Shown here one piece after another: positions 8,659 to 17,894 of a stretch of 47,184 bases of DNA. The DNA is from Algoriphagus sp. GTDB taxonomy: Bacteria; Bacteroidota; Bacteroidia; Cytophagales; Cyclobacteriaceae. Under the pieces are notes generated by a model. It was given only the letters and a program-made list of their open reading frames with translations. It was not told where the DNA came from and did not search any database. How positions within the stretch are numbered: the first letter of the stretch is position 1; every line of letters starts with the position of its first letter. A program made the position numbers and the translations under genes. The DNA lies in the NCBI GenBank assembly GCA_044237325.1, contig JBIIFN010000001.1, positions 1 through 47,184 on the forward strand. Direction: 5' to 3'.

Positions 8659-9507
8659 CTACTCCACTGAGAAGTCTTGGTAGCTACGCCCTAGCTCCCA
8701 GGAAGCCTTCAACATCTGAAGGAAATCCCCCATACGGTGCAAAGGGATCAAGTTGGGCCCGTCGCTTAGCGCCTTGCTAGGCTCAGGGTGCGTCTCGATA
8801 AAGAAGCCATCGATGCCCGTAGCAGCCGCAGCTCTGGCCAAAATCGGGGCAAACTCACGCTGCCCTCCGCTACTTCCTCCCTGACCGCCAGGTTGCTGTA
8901 CAGAGTGGGTGATGTCAAATACTACAGGGGCAAACTGCCTCATGATGGGTAGGCCACGCATGTCTACGACAAGGTTGTGGTAGCCTAGGGAAAATCCCCG
9001 CTCTGTCAAGCAGACGTTGTCGTTGCCCGCGGCACGTACCTTACTCACGGCATATTGCATGTCTTCGGGCGCCATAAATTGCCCGCGTTTGATCTTCACG
9101 GCTTTGCCCGTTTCGGCAGCAGCCAACAGCAAATCTGTCTGCCGGCATAAAAAGGCCGGGATCTGCAGCACATCCACCACTTGGGCAACCTCTGCTGCCT
9201 GGTAGCTTTCGTGAATATCGGTTACCAAAGGCACATCCAGCGCCTTGCCTACCCGCTGCAATACCTCCAAGGAGGCATCCATGCCAATGCTTCGAAAAGA
9301 GTTGGACGAGGTTCGGTTGGCTTTGTCAAAAGAGGCTTTGAATACGTAAGAAAAGCCATGCGCTTCTGCCCAGGCCTTTACTTTTGTGCCAATCTCCAAA
9401 CAGATATCATAGCTCTCTACGGCACAAGGACCGGAAAAAAGGATGGGCTTGTCTCCTCCAAGGACTACGCCCTCGCGGATTTTCATAAGCTGTGTTGTTC
9501 GTATCAT
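8659..9507 (-). CDS. kdsA: 3-deoxy-8-phosphooctulonate (KDO8P) synthase
   Basis: [48 protein letters not shown]...SDG. Confidence 0.96.
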   Translation of the reverse strand: MIRTTQLMKIREGVVLGGDKPILFSGPCAVESYDICLEIGTKVKAWAEAHGFSYVFKASFDKANRTSSNSFRSIGMDASLEVLQRVGKALDVPLVTDIHESYQAAEVAQVVDVLQIPAFLCRQTDLLLAAAETGKAVKIKRGQFMAPEDMQYAVSKVRAAGNDNVCLTERGFSLGYHNLVVDMRGLPIMRQFAPVVFDITHSVQQPGGQGGSSGGQREFAPILARAAAATGIDGFFIETHPEPSKALSDGPNLIPLHRMGDFLQMLKASWELGRSYQDFSVE

Positions 9508-10079
9508 GCTTCTTTTTTGGCTAAAGTTTCAATCAAAGGAACCAGTTGGCCTTTGGCGTGTAGGAGGAGGTCCGCCGCCTCACGAAAAACACCTTTGCCT
9601 CCAGACAGGGGAGACACATAATCTACCGCAGCACAAACATAGGGCAAGGCATCGGCTGGTGCGATAGACAAACCTACCTTAGTCAAAACAGGCAGGTCAA
9701 TCAAGTCATCTCCAAGGTAAGCTACCTCGTCAAGGGTCAGCTCCATGGTTTCAAGGAGTTCGGACAGCTTCTTAAACTTGTCTTTCACGCCATGGTAATG
9801 GAAGTCAAAGCGCAGCTCCTCGCAGCGATTTTCTACCACTTGGGAAGCACGGCCGGTGATTGCACCTACCAAAAATCCTGCCTTTTTCAAGTGCTGTACA
9901 ATCAGCCCATCTTTGACATTGTATTTTTTGAATTCCATCCCCTGGTTGTCGTATAGAATGCCCCCATCGGTGAGCACCCCATCCACGTCAGTGATGAGTA
10001 CTTTGATGCCTTTTGCTTTCTCAAACACGCCTTGCGGCACATGCTGGAGATAGGCCTCTACTATTTTTTCTGTTTCCAT
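9504..10079 (-). CDS. kdsC: KDO8P phosphatase (HAD family)
   Basis: [33 protein letters not shown]; 4-nt overlap with kdsA. Confidence 0.92.
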   Translation of the reverse strand: METEKIVEAYLQHVPQGVFEKAKGIKVLITDVDGVLTDGGILYDNQGMEFKKYNVKDGLIVQHLKKAGFLVGAITGRASQVVENRCEELRFDFHYHGVKDKFKKLSELLETMELTLDEVAYLGDDLIDLPVLTKVGLSIAPADALPYVCAAVDYVSPLSGGKGVFREAADLLLHAKGQLVPLIETLAKKEA

Positions 10080-11602
10080 TGGATTGAATATAGGTCCAGT
10101 CGGCGCTGTTCTAGGTTACGCACGGATCCTGCTTTTCTTTGTTTGGTCAATAAATCAAGGTCTACGTCAGCCACAATGGTGGTTTCCGCATTTTCAGAGG
10201 CCATGGCTACCGTGGCATCGTGGGGGAATGAAAAGTCCGAGGGGGAGAAAATCGCCGCCTGAGAGTACTGAATGTCCATGTTTTCCACCTTGGGCAGGTT
10301 ACCCACCGAACCTGTGATCGCTACATAGCATTCGTTTTCGATGGCCCGCGCTTTCGCGCAAATGTTGACGCGCAAGAAGGCGTTTTTGGTGTCCGTCCAA
10401 AAAGGAACAAACAAAATATCCATTTCTTGTTCGGCGAGGATACGTCCCAACTCGGGGAACTCGACATCGTAGCAGATCAAAATGCCAATTCTACCCGCAT
10501 CGGTATCGAATACGTTGATGCCATTGCCACCTTGCAAGCCCCAGTAGGCCTGTTCGTCGGGAGTGATATGCAATTTGTACTGCTTGTCCTGCGTGCCATC
10601 GCGACGGCAGAGGTAGCTCACGTTGCGCAGCTTCTTGCCATCGTACTCGGGCATGGATCCCGCGATGATGTTGACGTTATAGGACACGGCAAGATCACTC
10701 ATCCGGCTGACGATTTCTGTCGTGTAGTCGGCCAAGTTTCGGATGGCTTCGGAAGCATCCATGTCGTTGAACTCTGCCAGCATGGGGGCATTGAAAAACT
10801 CAGGGAGTAGACAAAAGTCAGATTTGTAGCCTGAAACAGTATCTACATAAAATTCTACTTGCTGCATCAAGTCATCCACATTGGAGAAACGGCGCATTTT
10901 CCACTGCACCAAGCCGAGACGAACGATGGATTTTTTGTTACCGATTAGCTTTTCATCCTTTTCGTAGTAGATATTGATCCATTCCAATAAGGTTGCATAG
11001 GCTCGAGAGTCGGTGTCCTCGGGCAGGTATTTGGTGATCACCTTACGCACGTGAAACTCGTTGGCGAGCTGGAAAGAAAGCACGGGATCAAAGATTTCCC
11101 GGTTTTTGACCAGGTCAATGTATTTCCGGGGTGTCATCTCATCCGCATACTTGGAGTAGCCGGGAATCCTTCCTCCGGCAATGATGGAGCGCAGGTTTAG
11201 GTTTTCGCAAAGTTCTTTTCTTGCGTCGTACAATCGACGTCCCAGGCGCATGCCGCGGTAGTCCGAGTGCACAAAAATGTCGGTAGCATAGAGCGTGTCT
11301 CCATCCGGATCGTGCGTATCAAATTTGCCGTAGCCAGTGATCTCGTGGTAGCTATGGTTGTCCCCAAACTTGTAATAATCCACAATGATACTTAAGGCTG
11401 CAGCGATGACTTTTCCATTGTCTTCGATACAGATCTGGCCTTCGGGAAACAAGCGAAGCTGGTTTTTAAGCTCTGCTTTGGTCCAGGCTCCACCTTGATT
11501 TTTATAGATAGAGACCATGATCTCCCGGATATCTTCGTAATCAGAAAGCTTGATGTTACGGAGTCTAAGCCGGTGTTCTAATTCTTCTCTTTGCTTACTC
11601 AT
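10061..11602 (-). CDS. Bifunctional GNAT acetyltransferase / carbon-nitrogen hydrolase
   Basis: N-terminal YRGMRLGRRLY acetyl-CoA motif; C-terminal nitrilase triad LPEFF, YKLHIT, ICYDVEFPE. Confidence 0.92.
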   Translation of the reverse strand: MSKQREELEHRLRLRNIKLSDYEDIREIMVSIYKNQGGAWTKAELKNQLRLFPEGQICIEDNGKVIAAALSIIVDYYKFGDNHSYHEITGYGKFDTHDPDGDTLYATDIFVHSDYRGMRLGRRLYDARKELCENLNLRSIIAGGRIPGYSKYADEMTPRKYIDLVKNREIFDPVLSFQLANEFHVRKVITKYLPEDTDSRAYATLLEWINIYYEKDEKLIGNKKSIVRLGLVQWKMRRFSNVDDLMQQVEFYVDTVSGYKSDFCLLPEFFNAPMLAEFNDMDASEAIRNLADYTTEIVSRMSDLAVSYNVNIIAGSMPEYDGKKLRNVSYLCRRDGTQDKQYKLHITPDEQAYWGLQGGNGINVFDTDAGRIGILICYDVEFPELGRILAEQEMDILFVPFWTDTKNAFLRVNICAKARAIENECYVAITGSVGNLPKVENMDIQYSQAAIFSPSDFSFPHDATVAMASENAETTIVADVDLDLLTKQRKAGSVRNLEQRRLDLYSIQWKQKK

Positions 11603-11708
11603 GGGGTCAAAATTACATCAATTTCAGTACATCTGTACATTCCTTTGATTCTGGTAGTTGGGCAGTTTATAAATCCGGTTTGAATCGGCTAAACCCTGGC
11701 AAAAAGTC

Positions 11709-11750
11709 AAAAAAAGACCCCTTGCCTCGCGGTCTTGGAGACAAGGGGCT
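11709..11750 (-). terminator. Intrinsic terminator after the serine hydrolase
   Basis: CCCCTTG/CAAGGGG stem with a T-run on the minus strand. Confidence 0.65.
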
Positions 11751-11768
11751 TAGGTATGCTAGGACGCC

Positions 11769-13040
11769 TTATTCTACAGCGCTAAATACCATTTGTCTAA
11801 ACTTCCAGCCCGTCTGATCGCCATTGCTGGCACCGGAAGTCTGCTTGAACAGTAGACCAATGATTTTTTCTGAAGGGTCTGCAAAATACTGGGTATTGAA
11901 GTAGCCGCCCCAATCAAAGGTGCCTTCACTTCCTTGTCCTCCTTGGGCTACCCCCTTTGGCGTCACTACACCAAAAGCGAGGCCGTAATACTTATCGGCA
12001 TTCCAAAGATCGCCAACCTGATTTTTCATAGCCGTTTGTATGGTAAGGGGGCTCAATAAGCGCACTCCATTGTAGCTTCCACCATTCAGGTACATTTGCA
12101 GGAATTTAGCATAATCTTCCGCTGTACTGGATAGGCCTGCTCCTCCGGAAAAGAACGTCTTTGCGCCTGCTTTCGGATAAGCTGGATCATAAAAAGTGGT
12201 TGGAAACTCCTGCCATTTGCCCGCTTTGTAGGTATGTACTTCCACTAAGCGTGTTCCCTGTGCTTCATTGAGGTAAAAACGGGTGTCATTCATGCCCAGT
12301 GGATCAAAAATTCGCTCTTTCAAAAACACATCAAAAGGCTTTTTGGAGACAATCTCGACCAGATAGCCCAAGACATCTAGCCCTTCGCTGTAGGTGAATT
12401 TGGCTCCGGGCTCGTGGTGCAAAGGCAATTTAGCTAGTCGCTTGACGCTTTCTTCAATGGTGATTTTCTCCGTCGTAAATAAGTCCGTCACACCCGCTTT
12501 GCGATAGATCATTTTCATGCGCTCGTCTCCATCAATCACCCCATAGCCTAGGCCTGAAGTATGTGTGAGGAGGTGACGAATGGTGATAACCTTGCTGCTT
12601 GGCTTGGTCGTGAAGGTGGTGTCTGCATAGCGGAAAGAAGCCAAAACCTGCGGGTTGGCAAACTCAGGAATGTACTTGGAGATTGGATCGTCCAATTGAA
12701 TTTTCCCCTCTTCAAACAACATCAGGATAGCAGTCGACGTGATCGCCTTGGTTTGCGACGCAATTCGGAAAATGGAATTCTTCTCCATCTTTTTGCCCTC
12801 AGCTACATCGGCAAACCCTTTGGCTGAATGGTAGACAATCTTTCCATCTTTAACGACCATCGCTACTAGACCAGGGACCTCCTCCGTTTTGATGGCTTCT
12901 TCAAGCATCGCATCGATTTTGGCAATTCGGTCTTTTGAAATTCCAGGAACAGGGCTATTACCTGGAGAACTAATCGTTTGTGCAAAAACAGTAGCCCCTA
13001 AACCAAAGTAAAGCAGGCAATAACTAAGGATTTTTTTCAT
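11769..13040 (-). CDS. Serine hydrolase, beta-lactamase (AmpC-like) family, secreted
   Basis: FRIASQTK (SxxK), LLTHTSGL, FTYS, WGGYFNT; signal peptide from ATG 13040 (MKKILSYCLL). Confidence 0.9.
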   Translation of the reverse strand: MKKILSYCLLYFGLGATVFAQTISSPGNSPVPGISKDRIAKIDAMLEEAIKTEEVPGLVAMVVKDGKIVYHSAKGFADVAEGKKMEKNSIFRIASQTKAITSTAILMLFEEGKIQLDDPISKYIPEFANPQVLASFRYADTTFTTKPSSKVITIRHLLTHTSGLGYGVIDGDERMKMIYRKAGVTDLFTTEKITIEESVKRLAKLPLHHEPGAKFTYSEGLDVLGYLVEIVSKKPFDVFLKERIFDPLGMNDTRFYLNEAQGTRLVEVHTYKAGKWQEFPTTFYDPAYPKAGAKTFFSGGAGLSSTAEDYAKFLQMYLNGGSYNGVRLLSPLTIQTAMKNQVGDLWNADKYYGLAFGVVTPKGVAQGGQGSEGTFDWGGYFNTQYFADPSEKIIGLLFKQTSGASNGDQTGWKFRQMVFSAVE

Positions 13041-13085
13041 GGTGATTTTGGGTTTGAAGAGTAAAAAGTAAGCAATATCAGAAAC

Positions 13086-13110
13086 AAAAAAAACCGGATT
13101 GCTCCGGTTT
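13086..13110 (-). terminator. Intrinsic terminator after the HtrA gene
   Basis: AAACCGGA-GCAA-TCCGGTTTTTTTT on the minus strand. Confidence 0.7.
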
Positions 13111-13140
13111 AATTGATACTCCAACTAGAAGGAGAATTTC

Positions 13141-14655
13141 TTATTCTGTTTTCACTTCAAAGTAGTATTCCGTTCCATCGGGAAACATGCCCAAGACGAC
13201 GATTTCTTCCCCTTTGGCATCCTCCAAGAAGTCAATCATCTCCTGCGCACTGTTAACACGCTTACGGCCCTTATCGGAAATCACCGAAGTGATGATGAAT
13301 CCATTTCTGGCTCCAGCGGCTCTCCAAGCCTCGTTGGCGTTGGATTTGATGACAGCACCACCGGAGATTTTCAATTGATCCTTGGTTTGCTGTTTGACGT
13401 CCTCCAACTGCAATCCTTCAAACGAGAGGTTTTTGATCTCCTCCCGCTTCACGATGTTTGTGTCGCCCGAGAAATTTTTGAGGGTAGCAGTAGTTTTGAG
13501 CGTTTTACCGTCACGTAGATAGGTAACCTCTACCTTGTCTCCTGGACGCTTCCTAGCGACCATCTCTTGGAGGTTGGCGACGTTATTGACCGTCTTACCA
13601 TCGATACCCACGATTATATCCCCTTCCTTGAGACCGGCTTCTAAACCTGCCGAATTGGCATTTACCCCGCCCACGTAGACGCCCTGCTCCACTGGAAACT
13701 TCTTACCAAGGTAATCGGCGAGCTCAGGGCTCACGTTTTGAATCTGCACACCAAGAAGTCCACGTTGCACTGCACCGTGCTTCAACAAGTCGTCCATCAC
13801 TTTTTTGACCAGCGTACTAGGCACTGCAAACGAATAGCCGTTAAAGGTTCCTGTGCTGGAAGCGATGGCAGTATTGATACCAATCAGTTCTCCTGCCAAA
13901 TTGACCAATGCCCCACCAGAGTTGCCTGGATTGACCACGGCGTCGGTTTGCAGGAAGGATTCAATCTGAAGATTATTCTCTACACCCTGTAGGATGCCTA
14001 TGTTTCGCGCTTTGGCCGAGATGATTCCGGCCGTTACGGTAGAGTTGAGATCAAAAGGGTTGCCCACAGCCAAAACCCACTCCCCGACCTGGGTGAGATC
14101 AGAGTCTCCAAATTTCACAAAAGGAAAGTTTTCTCCCTCGATTTTCAAAAGGGCTAGGTCCGTAGTTGGGTCAGTGCCCACCACAGTAGCTTCGTAGCGC
14201 TTGTTGTTGTCCAAGGAAATATCCACGCGGGTGGCACCTTCAATCACGTGATTGTTGGTGACGATGTAGCCATCGGGAGAGATGATTACCCCAGATCCTG
14301 AACTCATCGGCATGGCGCCTGGATCCCTACCTGGACCTCCTTGTGGGTTGGACCGTGGATCAGGGATGCCAAACAAATCCTGGATAGGATCACGCTGACT
14401 TCTCGAGGAATAGGACACTTGACTCTTCACGTGCACCACCGCAGGAGTTACTTGCTGGGCAGAAGCAATGAAGTTGATCCCGTCAGGAACCGTAAAATTC
14501 TTCCCAGCCAGTAGATTTACAAAGCTGGACTTTTGCTTTTCATCAAAGGAGTTGGCGTTTTGCGGTCGCATCAAAAAACCCACTCCCGCTACTGCCACCA
14601 TACCCCCTACCAATGCTGCCACTAGGACACCTAGAAAGAATTGTTTTTTACTCAT
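13141..14655 (-). CDS. HtrA/DegP (Do) family serine protease with PDZ domain
   Basis: GSGVII, TNNHV, DLALLKI, GNSGGALVN, PDZ GLLGV..GDII. Confidence 0.95.
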   Translation of the reverse strand: MSKKQFFLGVLVAALVGGMVAVAGVGFLMRPQNANSFDEKQKSSFVNLLAGKNFTVPDGINFIASAQQVTPAVVHVKSQVSYSSRSQRDPIQDLFGIPDPRSNPQGGPGRDPGAMPMSSGSGVIISPDGYIVTNNHVIEGATRVDISLDNNKRYEATVVGTDPTTDLALLKIEGENFPFVKFGDSDLTQVGEWVLAVGNPFDLNSTVTAGIISAKARNIGILQGVENNLQIESFLQTDAVVNPGNSGGALVNLAGELIGINTAIASSTGTFNGYSFAVPSTLVKKVMDDLLKHGAVQRGLLGVQIQNVSPELADYLGKKFPVEQGVYVGGVNANSAGLEAGLKEGDIIVGIDGKTVNNVANLQEMVARKRPGDKVEVTYLRDGKTLKTTATLKNFSGDTNIVKREEIKNLSFEGLQLEDVKQQTKDQLKISGGAVIKSNANEAWRAAGARNGFIITSVISDKGRKRVNSAQEMIDFLEDAKGEEIVVLGMFPDGTEYYFEVKTE

Positions 14656-14886
14656 GGTTATCGCTTAATTTAAATCCTATAATTTTTTTTAATGCTTGAT
14701 TTTTCTCCATCAACTTCTACGCCATTCGCCAGCAAAGGTGCTCAAATTAACAAGAATTAACCGGCAACATGCTGGGCACAGCTGAATAACAAAATTGCGG
14801 ACCTGGAGTTTGCAATCCGTACTTCTTTTTAGCCAAGAAACGATTCCAAACGCCTTGGAAAAGCGGAAATTCGCCAAAGACCAGAC

Positions 14887-14919
14887 AAAAAAAAAATCCC
14901 CCAAATCGATTGAGGGATT
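14887..14919 (-). terminator. Intrinsic terminator after the cold-shock gene
   Basis: AATCCC/GGGATT stem plus a long T-run on the minus strand. Confidence 0.6.
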
Positions 14920-14948
14920 CGCTAATCCAAGTCAGTGCGTTGACTAAC

Positions 14949-15140
14949 TTAGGCCTTTTTGACGTTGATCGCGTTGGGTCCTTTTTTGCCCTCTTTGATA
15001 TCGAAGGTAACCTTGTCGTTTTGAGCAACTTTGTCCACTAAGCCAGTGGCGTGTAAAAACACATCACCTTGCGTTTGATCATCCACGATAAATCCAAACC
15101 CTTTGGCTTCATTGTAAAATTTTACTGTTCCGGTAAACAT
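14949..15140 (-). CDS. Cold-shock domain protein
   Basis: GTVKFYNEAKGFGFI (RNP1), DVFLH (RNP2), GKKGPNAINV. Confidence 0.96.
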   Translation of the reverse strand: MFTGTVKFYNEAKGFGFIVDDQTQGDVFLHATGLVDKVAQNDKVTFDIKEGKKGPNAINVKKA

Positions 15141-15228
15141 AAGAAATAATGATAAATTGGAATTGAAAGAGCGATAAATGTAAAAATTTGATTAAAAAAA
15201 ACAAAATAATCGTTTTTTTTATCTGACG

Positions 15229-15720
15229 ATGAAGAAATTAATTTTGATCCGGCATGGAAAATCTGGTTGGGACAGCCCCTGGCTCAGCGATCACGACCGC
15301 CCACTTGCGGAGCGGGGAATTGCCGATGTGCCCCATATGACACGCAGGCTACAGGAAAGATGCCTTGTACCCGACTTAATCGTAAGTTCCACCGCACTTC
15401 GCGCCACCGATACGGCTCGACTTACCGCGGAGGTCTTTGGCTACCCTGAATCGCAAATCGTCTTTGAAAAATCACTTTATCACGCCTCTCCCGAGGAGCT
15501 TTTGGCCGTAATTCGCCGCCAATCTGAGGCCGTTCAAACACTAGTTTTGGTGGGCCACAACCCAGGACTCACGGAGCTGATACAAGATTTAGGAACCAAT
15601 TTGGACAACCTCCCTACATCTGGACAATTCGGCTACACACTATCCGATACGCGCTGGGCAGATTTTGCTGCAGAAAAAATCAGCACCGTATGGATTGACT
15701 ACCCCAAAAAGCTGGGTTAA
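15229..15720 (+). CDS. sixA: SixA-like histidine phosphatase
   Basis: LIRHGKS, DHDRPL, SSTALRA, VGHNP. Confidence 0.85.
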   Translation: MKKLILIRHGKSGWDSPWLSDHDRPLAERGIADVPHMTRRLQERCLVPDLIVSSTALRATDTARLTAEVFGYPESQIVFEKSLYHASPEELLAVIRRQSEAVQTLVLVGHNPGLTELIQDLGTNLDNLPTSGQFGYTLSDTRWADFAAEKISTVWIDYPKKLG

Positions 15721-16439
15721 AAATGGCGAACATCCTGCACCACGTCCGGGAATTGGTCGGGATGGGAGAGCATAAAACCGATTTTTTCCGCGACAGCGGC
15801 AGCAGGAGAAAGCATACCCTCGCTGTGGTAGTCCCTAAATCGGGATAGCGCAGGAAAGTCTTCCGGTTGTGCAGCTCGAATCTCTTCTTGCATCTCGGTA
15901 TCCACGATGCCTGGTGCCACGGAAAACACACGGAAGGCCTCACTCCGCCACTCGGCATCCATCACCTTGGAAAACATCTCCAAACCTGCCTTGCTGCTGC
16001 AATAGCTTGACCAGCCAGGTAGTGGCTTGGAAGCCGCTCCCGAACTCAAGTTGCAGATTAGCTTTTGCTCTGGGTTAGTTCCATACGCTAGTGCAAACGC
16101 ATTGCTCAATAACATGGGCGTAAGCAAGTTGAGTTGTAAGGTGCGCTGCAAGGCCGCGGGCTGCAACTTCCCAGTAGGCTTGATCTCGCCAATCCAGCCG
16201 GCATTGTTGATGAGCAGGTAGCGATCGGCAGGGATGCAAGGAAAGATTTCCGGAAGAATCGCCTCTACCGCAGCAGCATCCGACAGATCAACTGCCCACT
16301 CCGTCAACTGGGGATGGGATAGCTGCCCTTTGGTGCGGGAAATCGCATGAATCTGCATCCCGTCTTGACCGAGGAAATGTGCCAACAGCGCATGACCAAT
16401 GCCTTTGCTATGGCCGGTAAGAACGAGGAGCGTTTTCAT
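15717..16439 (-). CDS. SDR, sepiapterin reductase / benzil reductase (YueD)-like
   Basis: TGHSKGIG, LLINNAG, SSGAA, YCSSKAGL, APGIVDTEMQ. Confidence 0.85.
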   Translation of the reverse strand: MKTLLVLTGHSKGIGHALLAHFLGQDGMQIHAISRTKGQLSHPQLTEWAVDLSDAAAVEAILPEIFPCIPADRYLLINNAGWIGEIKPTGKLQPAALQRTLQLNLLTPMLLSNAFALAYGTNPEQKLICNLSSGAASKPLPGWSSYCSSKAGLEMFSKVMDAEWRSEAFRVFSVAPGIVDTEMQEEIRAAQPEDFPALSRFRDYHSEGMLSPAAAVAEKIGFMLSHPDQFPDVVQDVRHF

Positions 16440-16465
16440 TGCTGCCACCTTGCTGCCGGAAAAAA

Positions 16466-17857
16466 TTAAAGGATGTATTGAGACAAGTCTCTGTTTTTCA
16501 CCAACGTACTGAGGCGCTCTTTCACCATGTCTTGGGTGATGGTGATCTTCGAGTTGGGCCCAATGAGATCGGGCACTTCGAATAGAAAATCATTGAGCAG
16601 GTGGCTCATGACGGTATGAAGACGTCGGGCGCCGATATTTTCAACTTCCTGGTTGATCACAAAGGCGAGGTGCGCAATCTCCTCATTGGCTCCGTCGGTA
16701 AAATCAAGGTAAACCTCTTCTGCTGCAAATAGCGCCTGGTATTGTTTGGTCAGTGCGTTTTTTGGTTCCTTTAGAATGCGGGTAAAGTCTTCCTGGGTAA
16801 GTGCCTGCAACTCCACGCGGATAGGAAACCGTCCTTGCAATTCGGGAATCAAGTCGGAAGGCTTGCTCACGTGAAAAGCACCAGCGGCAATAAATAGGAC
16901 GTGGTCGGTTTGAATGACTCCGTACTTGGTGGTTACGGAAGAACCCTCCACGATGGGAAGCAAGTCCCGCTGTACGCCTTCTCGGCTGACGTCAGGTCCT
17001 CCTCCATTTTTGCCCGACTTGGAAGCAATCTTATCGATTTCGTCGATGAAGATGATTCCGTTGTTTTCGGCAAGCCAAATCGCCTCCTCCTTCACCTCGT
17101 CAAAGTCAATGAGCTTGGACATCTCCTCCTCCAACAGTACTTTTCTCGCTTCGGCGATGGATAGCTTGCGCTTCTTTGTTTTCTTGGGCATCATGCCCGA
17201 GAGCATGTCTTGAAGTCCTGCCATGCTGGCATCGTCTATCATGCCGTTGCCCACCATGCCGATGCCTGCTGGAGCAGAAGCTTTGACTTGAATTTCTATT
17301 TTGCGTTCGTCGAGCTCCCCGTTGCGGAGTTTTTCTCTGAAGCGATCTCGGGTGCGTTCGTTGAGTTCTGCATCGGAACTAGGAATCGCTTCGCTTGGCT
17401 GGGAGGCAGACTGGGCAAAGCCAGGGCTTTTTACCGAAGGGATCAAAATATCTAAAATCACCTCCTCCACTGCCTCAGCAGCTTTGGCCTGCACGGCTAC
17501 TTTTTTTGCTTCACGCACCAGCTGCACGCTCTGCTCCACCAAATCACGCACCATGCTTTCTACATCTCTACCAACATAGCCGACTTCGGTAAACTTGGAG
17601 GCCTCCACTTTGGTAAAGGGTGCTTGGGCGATTTTGGCCAGGCGACGCGCAATTTCCGTCTTTCCTACCCCTGTACTTCCGATGAGCAGGATATTGTTGG
17701 GGACGATATCCTTCTGAATATCAGAGGTCACCCGCATCCTTCGGATTCGGTTGCGCAGCGCAATGGCCACGTTTCGCTTCGCGTCCTTTTGGCCGATGAT
17801 GTACTTGTCAAGCTCTTCGACTATTTGTCGGGGGGTCAGGGAAAGGGGTGTGATCAT
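16466..17857 (-). CDS. hslU: ATP-dependent protease ATPase subunit HslU
   Basis: LTPRQIVEELDKYIIGQ, GVGKTEIARRLAK, IDEIDKI, GVQRDLLP, C-terminal DLSQYIL. Confidence 0.97.
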   Translation of the reverse strand: MITPLSLTPRQIVEELDKYIIGQKDAKRNVAIALRNRIRRMRVTSDIQKDIVPNNILLIGSTGVGKTEIARRLAKIAQAPFTKVEASKFTEVGYVGRDVESMVRDLVEQSVQLVREAKKVAVQAKAAEAVEEVILDILIPSVKSPGFAQSASQPSEAIPSSDAELNERTRDRFREKLRNGELDERKIEIQVKASAPAGIGMVGNGMIDDASMAGLQDMLSGMMPKKTKKRKLSIAEARKVLLEEEMSKLIDFDEVKEEAIWLAENNGIIFIDEIDKIASKSGKNGGGPDVSREGVQRDLLPIVEGSSVTTKYGVIQTDHVLFIAAGAFHVSKPSDLIPELQGRFPIRVELQALTQEDFTRILKEPKNALTKQYQALFAAEEVYLDFTDGANEEIAHLAFVINQEVENIGARRLHTVMSHLLNDFLFEVPDLIGPNSKITITQDMVKERLSTLVKNRDLSQYIL

Positions 17858-17894
17858 GTCCTGGTGGGTAAAAGTCTAGGTAGTCGTAAGCAAC

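Noticed and set aside
11769-13040. Bona fide class C beta-lactamase resistance gene
   Set aside because: Has YS rather than YxN and WGG rather than KTG, typical of the broad esterase/peptidase family; resistance cannot be claimed.
13041-13124. Longer start for the serine hydrolase
   Set aside because: It runs through the upstream terminator; MKKIL at 13040 gives a normal signal peptide.
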